NCBI GenBank assembly: GCA_964016885.1
Contig: OZ024754.1
Span: 9,548,001-9,612,000, forward strand
DNA: 64,000 bases
Origin: Eledone cirrhosa
Lineage: Eukaryota
Reading direction: 5' to 3'
The notes beneath the pieces were generated by a model. The model was not told where the DNA came from. It saw only the letters and a list, made by a program, of their open reading frames with translations, and did not search any database. Position numbers and translations under genes: made by a program. Numbering within the stretch: position 1 is the first letter of the stretch; each line of letters starts with the position of its first letter. Below are positions 37,471 to 51,813 of this stretch, one piece after another.

Positions 37471-39141
37471 TTTAAGCATTTAAGGGCCGACAATTAAATA
37501 AGTATTTGTTTTGCAAGGTTTTTTTTATATGAAATCATGTGTTGAAACAGATATTGATTGCCAGCTGAATTATTTATAGAAATATAAAAATATACTGAAG
37601 CGAAAACCAAACCAAACAGTGAGTGTGTTTTACTATATTTTTATGACAATATTAGAACAACATGACCCTCCTCAAATTAGATAAGTCATTTCCAAAATTT
37701 GAATTAATGTTTTTATCATCCTCTTCTTCTTCTTCTTCTTCGTCCACTTATCGCTGAGGGTGGCGGGGACTGAGTCTTCAAACACTTCCTCCAGGAGGTT
37801 CTGTCAGAAGCAACCATCTCCAACCGATCTGGCTGGATCCCCAAGCGTGACCAACCAAACTCATAGATGTTATCCAACCATCTTGCTCGGGGTCTACTCC
37901 TGGGTCTCCTGCCAGTTGGTTTTGCCCATAAAATCTGCACTCAACAGATTAAATATCACAGATTTCAGACTTTCTTATGTTGTCCTTGTATATCCCCTGT
38001 ATTTTAATTACGTCCAATTATTGATATTATCTATCCATGAAATATAATACTTGTTTTTTTTCTTTTCTTTCCTCATTTATCCCTTTATTTTGTCTTCTAT
38101 TAACAATCTCTGTAAACCATTTTTTTATAATTAAGTGTGTCACATATTTTAGTTTTCTCTTTTTGAAGGTGTGTAATAAAAGTTAGCCATTTTTTAGTAT
38201 TTTCTCATTGGTTTTGTATATTGTCCATGATATTCTCAAGTGTCCACCCTTCAAAGGTTTCTAATCTACTTGATAGTGATTTTGTTAATGTCTATTGTTA
38301 GAATTGACCATACATAACATTTTATTAATCATTTTCTCTCGTTAATATGAATGTTCCTTGATGTTAGTATGTTTGCCATTTTTTTTTTCAAGTGACTTTC
38401 TAGCTATCTAAATCTCTCCTTTGATTTCTGATTCACAATTCTCATTTTATGATTGCATATATCCTAGATTGTATTATCTTTCGTGTCTAATCGATTGTTT
38501 TTTTTTTTCTCGGTTATAATATCTATTGTTTATTGACTGTTGTTGATTACCATTGCCTTTTTTCTTTCAACTAATTTACATTCTAGAGGACATTTTTACA
38601 TCATTTACTGTAGTTATAAGCCTCTATAATTCATCTTTGTTGATAGTTCAATAAGTATTATTGTATAAAAGCTTCAGGCTGGCATGTCTTCAATATTTCT
38701 TAATATCTCAAATAGTTCACTCGTGGGTTTAATTCCTTGACCGTGGAGGTCTGCGGCCTAGTGGTAAGTGTGTTGGACTTATGATCATAACATTGTGGGT
38801 TTAATTTCTGGATCGAGTTATGTGTTTTGCTCTCAAGCAAAATACTTCATTTTATGTTGCACCAGTATACTCAGCTGAAAATGATACCAGTGATAGCTGG
38901 GGGTTTAACCCTGCGATGCACTGGCAGCCTGTACTTAATATTCTATAATGCTCTGGCTTGTATCATTTATACATGTCATTCAGTGCTTCATTTTATCTGT
39001 ATCCCAGCCAACCGACTAAAATGTGGATTGCACATCCCTCAGCAGTTAGCCCTATACTATAATAATATATATAGATTATTGAGTGAGCAGGGAATCGACT
39101 GAAGCTATGTCCATTCTATTCAACAAGCTTTATGATATATA

Positions 39142-39544
39142 CAGGGTGCGGACGATATTTGTTCGCAATTTTCAACTGCTAATTTTATGCAAATTTTTTT
39201 TACTTCGGTTGTCGCTCTTGTCTTCATAAAAATAGTGACTATATTTCCATTATTTATTTTCAGAATAATTGATTATGAATAATTTTGAACCTCCAAATTT
39301 GTGGAAGAGACACAGAGTTCTTCTTGGAATCCGCACCGGGAGTACAAATAAGACCAGAAGATCAACTCCCAGAACAACAGGTGGCTCGCTGTCTCATCCA
39401 AAGACATGCCCAGAGTCATGCAGACAAAGTTTCCAGCGATAACATTGGTCTTAGGTTTCGTCAGCAGTCAAAGTGATGTCATGTCACCTCACTTCTTCCC
39501 TGAGGACCTCAAGCTGAACACCGATGGCTACATCCGCGTTCTGA
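39142..39544 (+). mobile_element. Truncated copy of the DD37D element at 47302
   Basis: Left TIR CAGGGTGCGGACGATATTTGTTCGCAA and near-identical body. Confidence 0.85.
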
Positions 39545-39903
39545 TGGTGGATGGGTGCCACACGAGAATGCTGAGGATGGCTCTGAACATTAATCAGTAT
39601 ACACTGAAGAGGAAAAACTCAGAGCTGTATGGGAGCCTCCCAAAAGTCAGCTCAAAAGTGACACAGAGGAGACTGAGGTTAGCTGGACATGCTCACTGAC
39701 ATCCAGAGTTGACATTGCATCCATTGCTCCTGTGGGAGCCCCTACATGGACACACTGGAAGAGGAAGACCAAGGTTAACGTATGTTGATGCCCTAAGGAC
39801 AGACACTGGTCTGTTGGAGACGCAGGACATGGCAGCGATAATGAGGGACAGAGACCGCTGGAGAGAACTCGTCCATGGATCTCGGGAATTTTACCCGCCC
39901 TAG
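39545..39903 (+). mobile_element. RTE-group LINE RT C-terminal fragment
   Basis: DGCHTRMLRMALNI...RRLRLAGH...RGRPRLTYVD...DRDRWR. Confidence 0.75.
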
Positions 39904-39906
39904 AAA

Positions 39907-39939
<33 letters not shown>

Positions 39940-40826
39940 ATAAATATATCAATATATATATATATATGTATGTGTATAAATATATCAATGGATATATAAA
40001 GTATTAATATAAACATAAGCATTTCATTTTGAAGGGGAAAATTCCTGATTTTATTCAATGAAATGAAATATTCAACAGTGAAGTTGAAAGACTGTAGTAG
40101 GCCAACAAATCTTATTTTGCTTGGTTGGAAGTGTCAAATCAAACTTCACTGCCTAGAGAAGGAACATGAAATATAAATTGATGTTATACTCACTTCATTG
40201 CATTTTAAAGTATTATATTGAAGTAGAGGTCATAATTTACATTATATTATTTACAAATATATTTCAATTTATTCAATTTATTCTGTAACAACAAACAGCG
40301 AAGGACGCGTTCCGCACTTGTCCGACAGACAACCTTTTCCCCCACCCCGGAAAAAAAAACCCCAGTTGATGGATGTGAATCCGAAATATATAGGGACTAT
40401 TAAATCTCTCCCAAGGTAACTCTCTCTTGTGTTGTTATTTTTATTTTATCCTTTATACTCTTCCCTTCATTCTACACATCTCACACATCTTATACACACC
40501 ATGCATCTCAACGTACACCCACTTACATCTCTCTCTCCACCACCGGACCTTGTTACCCGGAGATTTACCCATTTGCATTGTCGAGGCTTCCAAACGGCTT
40601 AAAGATATTTAATAATTGTTTCTACTTTTCGCACAAGGCCAGCAATTACCCCAGTGCATTACTGGTACTTTATTTTATCGACCCTGTAAGGATGAAAATC
40701 AAAGTTAACCTCGGCAGGATTTAAACTCAGAATGGCAAGGGCCGTAACTCTATGTGTCAAAGCATGGCGTCCGACCCTTTACCGATACTGCCAATAATGC
40801 AGACGGTTCCTTGATGTGTATATCTT

Positions 40827-40866
<40 letters not shown>

Positions 40867-41272
40867 ATTATTATCATCATTTTACGTCCGCTTTTCCTTG
40901 TTTGCAAGTGTGGCAACGGTCCTCTTCAGTACAGCATCTCTCCCTTCATCGCGGTCCTTTGTCATCTCCTCTGTGAGCTTGAGCGATCTGAGGTCATCTC
41001 TCCCCACCTCCGTCCATGTTTTTCATGGTCTTCTTCTACTGCGTCTTGCTTCCACCAGGATATATATATATATATATATCATCATCATTGTTTATTAACG
41101 TCCATCTTCTTCCACACTAGCATGGGTTGGACAGGTGACTGTGTCTCACAGGCTTTCTATCGCTGGATGTCCTTCCTAACACCATATATATATATATATA
41201 TATATATACATATGTAACGCTATATATATACATATACATATATATATATATATATATATACATATGTAACGC

Positions 41273-41308
<36 letters not shown>

Positions 41309-41316
41309 TGTAACGC

Positions 41317-41358
<42 letters not shown>

Positions 41359-41705
41359 TATATTTTTACCAGGCTAAAAATTCTTATTTAGTCCAGAAAT
41401 AGCCGTCGATACGGCTTGAGCTCTGCCGTCGGGGTCATACTTGTTCCTATGTACATATATATATATTTATATATTTAAAAAAATAGAGGTGTGACACACG
41501 AGTTGTGATATATTAGTAAAAAGGAAAAGAAGAAAATGCTGACAAATTTTTCCTAGTGAAAAATAATTTTGAGATCTCTGTGTAACCCACTTCTATTTGT
41601 GTAATATATTTGCATTTGAGCTCAAAAGAAAATTCTCTATTCTTCTTTGAGTTAATATTATTATTATTACTGTGAACTGTGGAATACTCTTAATTCCGAT
41701 CTTTG

Positions 41706-41737
<32 letters not shown>

Positions 41738-41869
41738 GTTAGGGAAGCAGAGAATTGCTTATTGTAATCCAGTTCGTGGTTAAGAAAGCCAGTTTCATGG
41801 ACGGTTTCAACGTACAGTTAGGGGTAACTCCACAAGTTTGTAAGAATCACGTTCAATCTTGGAGTATAA

Positions 41870-42770
41870 AGGATAAAAGAGAAAACACAGGTAAGCATTA
41901 ACATATCGGAGTGGTATGAGAAGCTGTCGGTTATGTGACCTTGAGCTGTTCGACATTATGAGTTCGAAGAATAGGTTACTCAACAATAAAATCGAAAGAT
42001 CAATTTATTGTAACCATAGACTCAAAGAAAAGTTTTCGCACTACAAGTGCAACTCGAACCCTTAACCTCTTACTACCACCTGACAAACTGCATATACTTA
42101 GACTTTCTACCCTCTTATTGTATCTAACCCCTTTAATTACCCACAAAAACAAATACCTATATCCCTCCCTCCTCCTTCATTCCTTTTCTATTTCTTTTCG
42201 TTTTCTTCCTTTCTTCTCTCCCTTTTTTGCTATCTTTTCTTTTCTCCCCCCCCCCCCTCTTCATTTTTATTTTTTTATATATATATTTATCTCTCTATCT
42301 CTCCTCCTCTCTCTCTCTCCATCCCTCCCACTATAAACAATTTAATTCTCTTTAATTCCCTACACTGTAAATCGACGACATGAAGTCTACGAATCAAAAC
42401 TAAACTGATTGAGGAATCCTTCCACCTCTACCCCTCCCTCCATCTCAGTTTGTCACTCTACTTCCTAATTCTTCTACCCCTTCCTCTCTCTCTCTATACT
42501 ACTCCCTTTGTCAATCCACTTTCTAATTCCTCTTCCTCTCTCTCTATACTAGTAAATACAATTCCAAAAAAATGTTTTTCTATATATTAAGAACTTTTTA
42601 AGAGTAACTTATTCACTATTTTGAAAATTTGGAGGTGAACAACAATTATTATTGAGTGGCTGCTATTTGCAGTATAGCAATATAAGGTTTCACTTACCAA
42701 TGACACGGTCGTAAATACCTGGATAAAATCCTTTTTTTAATGCTTACCTGTGTTTTCTCTTTTATCCTAT
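41870..42770 (+). mobile_element. 5'-truncated Penelope-like element: endonuclease C-terminus, 3' UTR, inverted terminal copy
   Basis: 41901-42065 reads TYRSGMRSCRLCDLELFDIMSSKNRLLNNKIERSIYCNHRLKEKF (CxLCxxE..I..LLN..E...CxH); 31-bp inverted repeat 41871-41901 / 42737-42767. Confidence 0.7.
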
Positions 42771-42777
42771 ATATATA

Positions 42778-43241
42778 TATTTCGTTTCTGAATTTGTTTA
42801 GCAAGATTCTTTATCTGAAATCGTGTGTTGAAACCGATATTGTTATACTTTGGGAGGGTCATGTTGCCAATAAGAAACACACGCACCAGTTGCTTTCACT
42901 TCAATTTATTATATATTTATAAATTTATAAATTTACAAATCTACAAACTTATAAATTTCTGGTTGGTTGGTTGGTTCCACAACCAGATAGTTGTTTATAT
43001 ATAGTCATAGTCCTTTCGTCACACACTCTGTGACCTCTTCAGTGACTGGGGATTCCTTTCTTTGTTTCTGTGCCTTTCCTTTCTTCTGTCCTACGCCATT
43101 TTTCAATGGAACCAACCAACCAACCAGAAATTTATAAGTTTGTAGATTTGTAAATTTATAAATATATAATAAATTGAAGTGAAAGCAACTGGTGCGTGTG
43201 TTTCTTATTGGCAACATGACCCTCCCAAAGTATAACAATAT
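42778..43241 (-). mobile_element. Fold-back PLE-like relic with a hammerhead core between its arms
   Basis: Arms 42837-42979 / 43107-43241; minus strand agtca-CTGAAGA-ggtcacagagtgtgtgac-GAAA-ggact-A-tgact (43003-43047). Confidence 0.7.
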
Positions 43242-43303
43242 ATATATATATATATATTAAGTCAAAATATTAACAAATATAGACATTCATTCATGTGATC
43301 AAG

Positions 43304-43381
<78 letters not shown>

Positions 43382-43436
43382 AAAGAGAGAGAGAGAAAGA
43401 GAGAGTGAGAGAGAGAAAGAGAGAGAGTGAGTGAGT

Positions 43437-43508
<72 letters not shown>

Positions 43509-43796
43509 TCAGGATTATACCAGTTTTAAATTAGTAAGACTAATATTTTGCAGAGTACTCAATACTTGTGATAGTAGAGTGTAAATATAGGAAAAAGTTG
43601 GGGCTGACAGCTGAGCTCTTGCTGTTTCGACACCAAATTCCATCTATATATGTAAGCTACCTATTTGATACCATATCAACATCGAAAAGATACATAAAAC
43701 GTTGAGTACTTTCCCCTTATTACACCATGATTTGCTTATTGGAATGATACAATCACAATGCCAGTTACCAATTAGTAAGCATTCTATAACACAAGT

Positions 43797-43883
43797 GTGT
43801 GTGTATATATATATATATACGTATGTGTGTGTTACTCTATAAACATATATTTAAATATGTATGTATATGTACATATATATATG

Positions 43884-43947
<64 letters not shown>

Positions 43948-44312
43948 TATATACATATATACATATATATACATACATATATATATACATATACATGCGT
44001 ATATATATACATATATATATATACATATATATATATATACATACATATATATATACATATACATACATATATATATACATATATATACATACATATATAT
44101 ATACATACATATATATATACATATATATATACATATATATATACATACATATATATATACATATATATATATATACATATATATATACATATATATATAT
44201 ATACATATATATATACATATATATATATATACATATATATATACATATATATATATATACATATATATATACATATATATATACATACATATATATATAC
44301 ATATATATATAC

Positions 44313-44369
<57 letters not shown>

Positions 44370-44408
44370 CATATATATACATATATATATATATACATAT
44401 ATATATAC

Positions 44409-44467
<59 letters not shown>

Positions 44468-44468
44468 C

Positions 44469-44520
<52 letters not shown>

Positions 44521-44652
44521 TTATATATTTATGTATATATACATATATATTTATATATATATACACATATATATATCTGACTTCTTACATATATATATAT
44601 ATATATATGTGTGTGTATGTGTGTCTTTGTTACTCTACAAACATGTATTTAT

Positions 44653-44697
<45 letters not shown>

Positions 44698-44805
44698 TGT
44701 GTGTCTTTGTTACTCTATAAACATATATTTAAGTATGTATGTATATGTATATGTATATATATATATATATTTATATATAAACACACACATATATATATAT
44801 ATACT
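43797..44805. repeat. (TA)n/(TACA)n microsatellite field
   Basis: Seen directly. Confidence 0.95.
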
Positions 44806-45353
44806 TAATTCTCTTCTCTTCTAGCCTGAGGATTCACCATATGTATGCTAAAAGTCTATTATACTATTTTTGAAATTACTATTCTTTAGTATTCCACTGC
44901 TGGGGATGTAATATTTAAGAAATGAGAAGCAGTAGATTTGAAAAATATATTTTTAGAAAACTTTGCTTTTCATCTTGTATGAAATACTCTGAAAAGATAT
45001 CTTCTTAGCTTGGAAATTTATATTATAACATGGTATGTACAGTTGAAGAGCATAGAAATTAATCTTTATTTCCTTCTTCGAAATTGGTCTAATAAACCGC
45101 TAATTAATGATTTCAATGTTAGCAGTAAAATATCTCGGCTTTCCTATAATTACATTTCATGTTAAACATAAGGCTCTCTCATCATTTGTCACTTAATTAA
45201 ACATCACTGAAAACAATACTGATGTTGTATTGAGCTTGATTTCAAGATGGAAAGAATTAGAACTCTAAGACAATATGATATCTATTCACTATTTTTGTGT
45301 TATTGTGTTGGCATTTTACTTGAAAGCTACAGAAGAAATAGATGTTTGCTTAA

Positions 45354-46355
45354 CCCTTTAGCATTTAAACCAGCCAGAATTTTCTCACTACTTTCTGTTT
45401 AACCCTTTAGTGTTCAAACCGGCCAAAACCGACCAGAATTCTCTACCTCTTTCTGTTGAAACTGGCTGTAACTGGTCGCTCAAACTGATGTTAAGGTATT
45501 GTTCTGAAAATAAATACTTTCAAAATCTCATAGATTCGATATTATGTGAGATAATTATGTGAGGTAAAGCCTTTACCATCAAAATATAATAGTATATATA
45601 AAATAATGTGAAAGCTAAAGGGTTAAACCGGCTTTATCCACCCAGAATTTTCTCACCACATTCTGTTTAAACCGGCTTTATCTGGCCAGAATATTCTCAC
45701 CACTTTGTTTAAACCGGCTTTATCCAGCCAGAATTTTCTCACCACTTTCTGTTTAAACCGGCTTTATCCGGCCAGAGTTTTCTCACCACTTTCTGTCCAA
45801 ACTGGCTGTATCCAGCCAGAATTTTCTCCCCATTTTGTTTAAACTGGCTGTATCTGGCCAGAATTTTCTCACCACTTTCTGTTCAAACTGGCTGTATCTG
45901 GCCAGAATTTTCTCACCACTTTCTGTTCAAACTGGCTGTAACTGACCAGAATTTTCTCACCACTTTCTGTTCAAACTGGCTGTATCCGGCCAGAATTCTC
46001 TTACCATTTTAACCGGCAGTTCATACAGATGTTAAGGTATTGTTCTCAAAATAAATAATATCAAAATCTCATAGATTCAATATTATGTGAGGTAATTATG
46101 TAAAGTAAAGCCTTTACCGTGAAAATACAAATGCTACAGAAGAAATAAATGGTTGCTTAACCAGCCAGAATTTTCTCAGTACTTTCTGTTCAAACCAGCT
46201 GTGACTGGCTGCTCATACTGATATTAAGGCATTGTACTAAAAATAAATAATATCAAAATCTCATAGATTCAATATTATGTGAGGTAATTATGTAAAGTAA
46301 AGCCTTTACCGTGAAAATACAATAGTAAATATAAAGCAACGTAAATGCTAAAGGG
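45354..46355 (+). mobile_element. piggyBac-like MITE complex with nested copy (45403-45622) and internal ~43-bp array
   Basis: TTAA-CCCTTTAG ... CTAAAGGG-TTAA ends on both the inner and outer elements. Confidence 0.8.
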
Positions 46356-47301
46356 TTAATGGTAAAATAGTCAGTCAAAACAGCATTTTGTTTGGTTTTG
46401 ATATGGTGGAGGTGGTGAGTCATGAGGGTGAGGGTGATAGTCGTGATGAGGGTGGGGGTGGCATTCATCATCATCATTGTAATGGTGGTTACAATAGTGA
46501 GAGTGGTAGTGTTAGTGGTGTTCATTGCCATCATTATCATTATGGAGGTGGTAACGGCAGGGAATTGGCAGTATCGGTAGAGCGTCAGACGCCATGCTTT
46601 GCGGCATAGAGTTATGGCCCTTTACGTTCTGAGTTCAAATCCTTCCGAGGTTAACTTTGCCTTTCATCCTTACGGGGGTTGATAAAATAAAGTACCAGTA
46701 ATACACATGTTTGTTATTACTTAAGACAATGGTTTCTACTTTTGGCACAAGGCCAGCAATTATCCCAGTACATTACTGATACTTTATTTTATTGACCTCG
46801 GAAGGACGAAAGACAAAGTTAACCTCGGCGGGATTTGAACTCAGAATGACAAGGGCCGTAACTCTATGCGTCAAAGCATGGCCTCCGACCCTCTACCGAC
46901 ACTGCCAATCCAAAGACAATGAAAGTTGTCCAAGTGTAAAATAGCAGAGTCTTGGCTGAGTTTATCCCATTCTACTCTACACATATATGAACTGCTGCTG
47001 TTTATGTGTGGGTGTGTTTGCAAACGTGTGTATGTATGTATTTTTATATATATCACCATCATCGTTTAACGTCCATCTTCCATGCTATCATGGGTAGTAC
47101 GGTCTGTCCCTTTGTGATGGATCAAGTCGAGGGACTGTGATTCGCTCACACAGAAATGATTTTGGCTTGGTTTCTATGGCTGGATGCCCTTCCTAATGCC
47201 AACTAGATTTACAGTGTGTGCTGGGTGCTTTTTGCTGTGACATCTACTCAACGACTTTACAGTATGACTGGGTGTTATATACACACACACACATATATAT
47301 A

Positions 47302-48183
47302 CAGAGTGCGGACAATATTTGTTCGCAATTTTCAACTGCTAATTTTATGCAAATTTTTTTTACTTCCGTTGTCACTCTTGTCTTCATAAAAACAGTGACT
47401 ATATTTCCATTATTTATTTTCAGAATAATTGATTATGAATAATTTTGAACCTCCAAATTTGTGGAAGATACACGGAGTTCTTCTTGGAATCCGCGCCGGG
47501 AGGACAAATAAGACCAGAAGATAACTCCCAGAACAACAGGTGGCTTGCTGTCTCATCCAAAGACATGCCCAGAGTCATGCAGACAAAGTTTCCAGCGACA
47601 ACATTGGTCTTAGGTGTCGTCAGCAGTCAAGGTGATGTCATGCCACCTCACTTCTTCCCTGAGGGCCTCAAGCTGAACACCGATGGCTACATCCGTGTTC
47701 TGAGCGAGGTAGTAAAGCCCTGGATTGACCAGGTAGCTGCAGGTAGGCCGTACGTGTGGCAGCAAGACTCAGCGCCCTGCCATACCAGCCGAAAGACCCA
47801 AGCCTGGCTGTCAGAGAACTTCGTCAACCACACTTCACCTGACATCTGGCCTCCCAGCTCGCCTGACTGCAACCTCCTCGACTTCTTTGTGTGGGGCGCA
47901 GTGGAACGAGACACCAACAGATCTAGCTGCAATACGAAAGACAATCTGAAGGCCAGGATCACAAGTGCCTTTAAGTTGGGGGACAGTGACGAAGGCCTGT
48001 AGCCGGTTCTGAGGCCGCCTTGAGGCCGTCATCAAAGCCAATGGCGTGGTTATCGAGTGAGATCGAAAGAACAAGTCATGAAAACAAACTGACCCAAGTT
48101 TGACAAATAAATCTTAAAAAATAAAACTACTGTGTTATTTTTTCTAGACAGTAATCTTGCGAACAATTATCGTCCGCACCCTG
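47302..48183 (+). mobile_element. Tc1/mariner DD37D (maT-type) element, internally deleted
   Basis: TA TSD in (TA)n, 27-bp TIRs, VWQQDSAPCH...WPPSSPDCNLLD with 37 residues between the 2nd and 3rd catalytic D; HTH region absent. Confidence 0.9.
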
Positions 48184-48202
48184 TATATATATATATATAC
48201 AT

Positions 48203-50687
48203 ATCATCATCATCATCATCATCATCAGGTTTAGCGTCCGTGTTCCACGCTTGCATGGGTTTGGACGGGGGTTTTCCCACTTGAGGCAAGAGTGGTTGTC
48301 TTGCTCGCATAGGACTGTCTGGCGGGTTTTCTACAGTTGGATGCCCTTCCTAACACCAACCCCATTTACAGTGTGGGGCTGGGAGGTTTTTACCGTGATG
48401 CCTACACGGCCACATTACAGCGTGGACTGTCTGGCGGGTTTTCTACAGCTGGATGCCCTTCCTAACACCAACCACATTTACAGTGTGGGGCTGGGAGGTT
48501 TTTACCGTGTTGCCTACACGGCCACATTTACAGCGTGGACTGTGTGTTTTTTGTCGTGACACCTACACGATCTCATTTGTTTCGGCCTGGATGTTGTGGG
48601 ACCAACATAACTGTACATTGAAAGGGGCGGTGTGGATGGGGTGGAGGTGGTGGGACGGGGGGGTGTTTTGATAGAGATGCCTACTGACTGTAGTAGGTTT
48701 TTACTTTGTATTTAGGTAAGGCGGGTCTTCTCTATTACTGAGTACCGCCAAAGGTCTCGGTTCAGTGACATTGTCTTGGAGAGGTGTAAGCGTGTGAGGT
48801 CGGAATTTATCAGCTCGTCCCATGTTTTTCTGGGTCTGCCTACTCCGTGGCTACCGTCTATCTTTATTGCCCTGCACTTTGTTATACAGCTGTCGTCTTT
48901 CATGCGCATCACGTGACCGTACCAACGTAGCCTTCTCTCGAGTAAACAACATCTGATCCCTCTTATTTCTAATTTTTTCCTTAGTTCGTTTATGCTTTGC
49001 CGTTCACGTATATTACTATTGCACATCCAGCAGAGCATGCAAGCTTCGTTCCTCTCTAGTCTGCGTATATCCTCTGCACACAATGCCCAGGTCTCACTGC
49101 CATGCAGCATTGCTGTTCGTATGCAGGCATCGTATAACCTGCCTTTCATTTTTAGGGAGAACCCTCTAGCGGCTAATAGTGGTATAAGCTCTCTGAACTT
49201 TTTTCCATCCAGTTCTGACTCTAGCTACTGTACTTTCAGAGCACCCTCCCCCACTGCTGATTTTGTCACCCAGGTAACGGAAGCTGTCCACTATTTCTAT
49301 AGAACCCTCTGCGCAGTTGAAGGAGCTAGTATTTTGTGGGCACTTGCTGCTACTTATTGCACCAGAGCACCGGCCACATGTAAAATCTATGTTCTTAGTT
49401 AGCTTACCTGTGATCCCACTACATCTTTTATGCACCCATACTTTGCATTTGGGACATAAAATGGAGTTTCTACCTACGCCTTTCCTACACACTGAGCATG
49501 GCCATTTCCCAGATGGGACTGCCGCCATATTTTCTTTCCTACAAACTAGAACTTTAGTCTTAGCCAGGTTAATTTTAAGGCCTTTTGATTCTAGGCCGTG
49601 CTTCCATGTTTGGAATTTCTTCTCTAGTTCGGTCATTGATTCAGCTATGAGCGTTAGATCATCTGCGTATAGGAGTTCCCATGGGCAGCCGGTCTTGAAC
49701 TCCTCTGTTATAGCCTGAAGGGCAATAATAAATAGTAGGGGGCTAAGAACAGAGCCCTGATGGACACCAACTTTTACGCTAAACTCTTCACTATATTCGT
49801 TGTTAATTCTAACCTTACTGACTGTTTCTTTATACATGGCTTGTATAGCTCTCACAAGCCATTCGTCAACACCTAGTTTTCTAAGAGACCACCAGATAAT
49901 GGAACGGGGGACTCTGTCGAAGGCTTTCTCCAAGTCGACGAAAGCTAAGTATAGGGGTTTACTTTTAGCTAGGTACTTCTGTAGTTGTCGTACAATGAAA
50001 AGAGCGTCTGTGGTACTTTTGCCTGACACAAATCCGAACTGCATTTCATCTAGATCAATTCTCTCTCTGATTAGTTGCGCTATTACTTTTTCCGTGACCT
50101 TCATGACCTGGTCGATTAATTTAATGCCTCTATAGTTACTCCTATCTAGGGCATCTCCTTTTCCTTTATAGCAGTTAACGATGATGCTGCTACGCCAGTA
50201 CTTCGGAACAACCCCATTCTGTACGACTTGGTTAACTATCCGGGTGACCATGGTGTGTCCCACCGAACCAGATGCCTTCAGCATCTCAGCAACTATTTCC
50301 GAAGGACCAGCCGCCTTACCCGTCTTCATATCTTTGATTGCCTTGCTTATTGTACTACCCTGGACTAACACTGCTGGTCCCTTTATTGGGTCGATGTGGG
50401 GGAGACTGTCTTTCTCCCATTTGTTCTCCTCATTTAGAAGCCTTTCGTAGTGACACTTCCAAGCTACCTTCTTATCAGCGTCGGTGATGGCAAGTATGCC
50501 ATCATCGTTAAGCACACACTTCTCCCCGACAATATCACGGTTTTCCTTGACACATTGCCTGGCAATCCTGAACACCTCACGTTTTTGGTCCTCACGTTGT
50601 AGAACATGCTTGAACTTTCTTTCCTCTGCTTCCCTTCTTGCGAAGTACACTTGTCTCCTAGCTTCCCTCCTGGCCACTTGATAGTCT

Positions 50688-50690
<3 letters not shown>
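48203..50690 (-). mobile_element. Young 5'-truncated RTE-clade LINE (RT, PHD-like Cys/His finger, 3' UTR, (GAT)n tail)
   Basis: [58 protein letters not shown]; one frameshift at about 49200. Confidence 0.95.
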
Positions 50691-50742
<52 letters not shown>

Positions 50743-50786
50743 TGCAAGCAGGGAAAAGCGGACGTAAAATAAAAAATGAAATGAAA

Positions 50787-50866
<80 letters not shown>

Positions 50867-51149
50867 GCGTGTGTTAAAGCTTGTGTTTATAATGTCTAAG
50901 GTGTTGGCTGAAAAAGAAAGACAGAAAGAAAGAAGGAAAGAAATACTTGTGGAGAGTAAATTACATCTGAGAGTGGTAAAGATGAAAAGAAGGTCATAAA
51001 AGAAAGTTAGTTGTAGAGTGTTTGCATGCTGGAAGCCATCTGTTCTACACTCTGCTGACCAATTCCATGATTGGCACTGCAAACTGTCTCTAGGCAGAAC
51101 TTACACAATGCTAAGACCTTTGATAAGAAGACACTTCCATTATATGTCA

Positions 51150-51278
51150 GAAGCTGCTGACACATACACACAGACTTATATATATATATAGAGAGAGACA
51201 CACAGACCTATATATATAGACACACATACACACAGACCTATATATATAGATACACACACACATACATACACACAGACC

Positions 51279-51310
<32 letters not shown>

Positions 51311-51348
51311 CACACATATACATACACACAGACCTATATATATGTATT

Positions 51349-51380
<32 letters not shown>

Positions 51381-51452
51381 CATACACACAGACCTATATA
51401 TATATATGTATTTATATATATATATATATATACACACACACATACACACAGA

Positions 51453-51498
<46 letters not shown>

Positions 51499-51680
51499 TA
51501 CACACAGACCTATATATATATATATGTGTATATATATATATACACACACACACATACACACAGACCTATATATATAAATATACGCATGTACACACACACA
51601 AACACACATATATATATGTATGTATATATATATATGTGTATAGATATATGTCTGTGAATATATATATATGTGTATATATA

Positions 51681-51713
<33 letters not shown>

Positions 51714-51764
51714 ATATATATATGTATATATGTAGATATGTATATATATATATGTATATATGTA

Positions 51765-51813
<49 letters not shown>

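Noticed and set aside
50690-51082. N-terminal part of the 638-aa ORF
   Set aside because: Chance read-through of microsatellite and flank; RTE homology begins at about 50690
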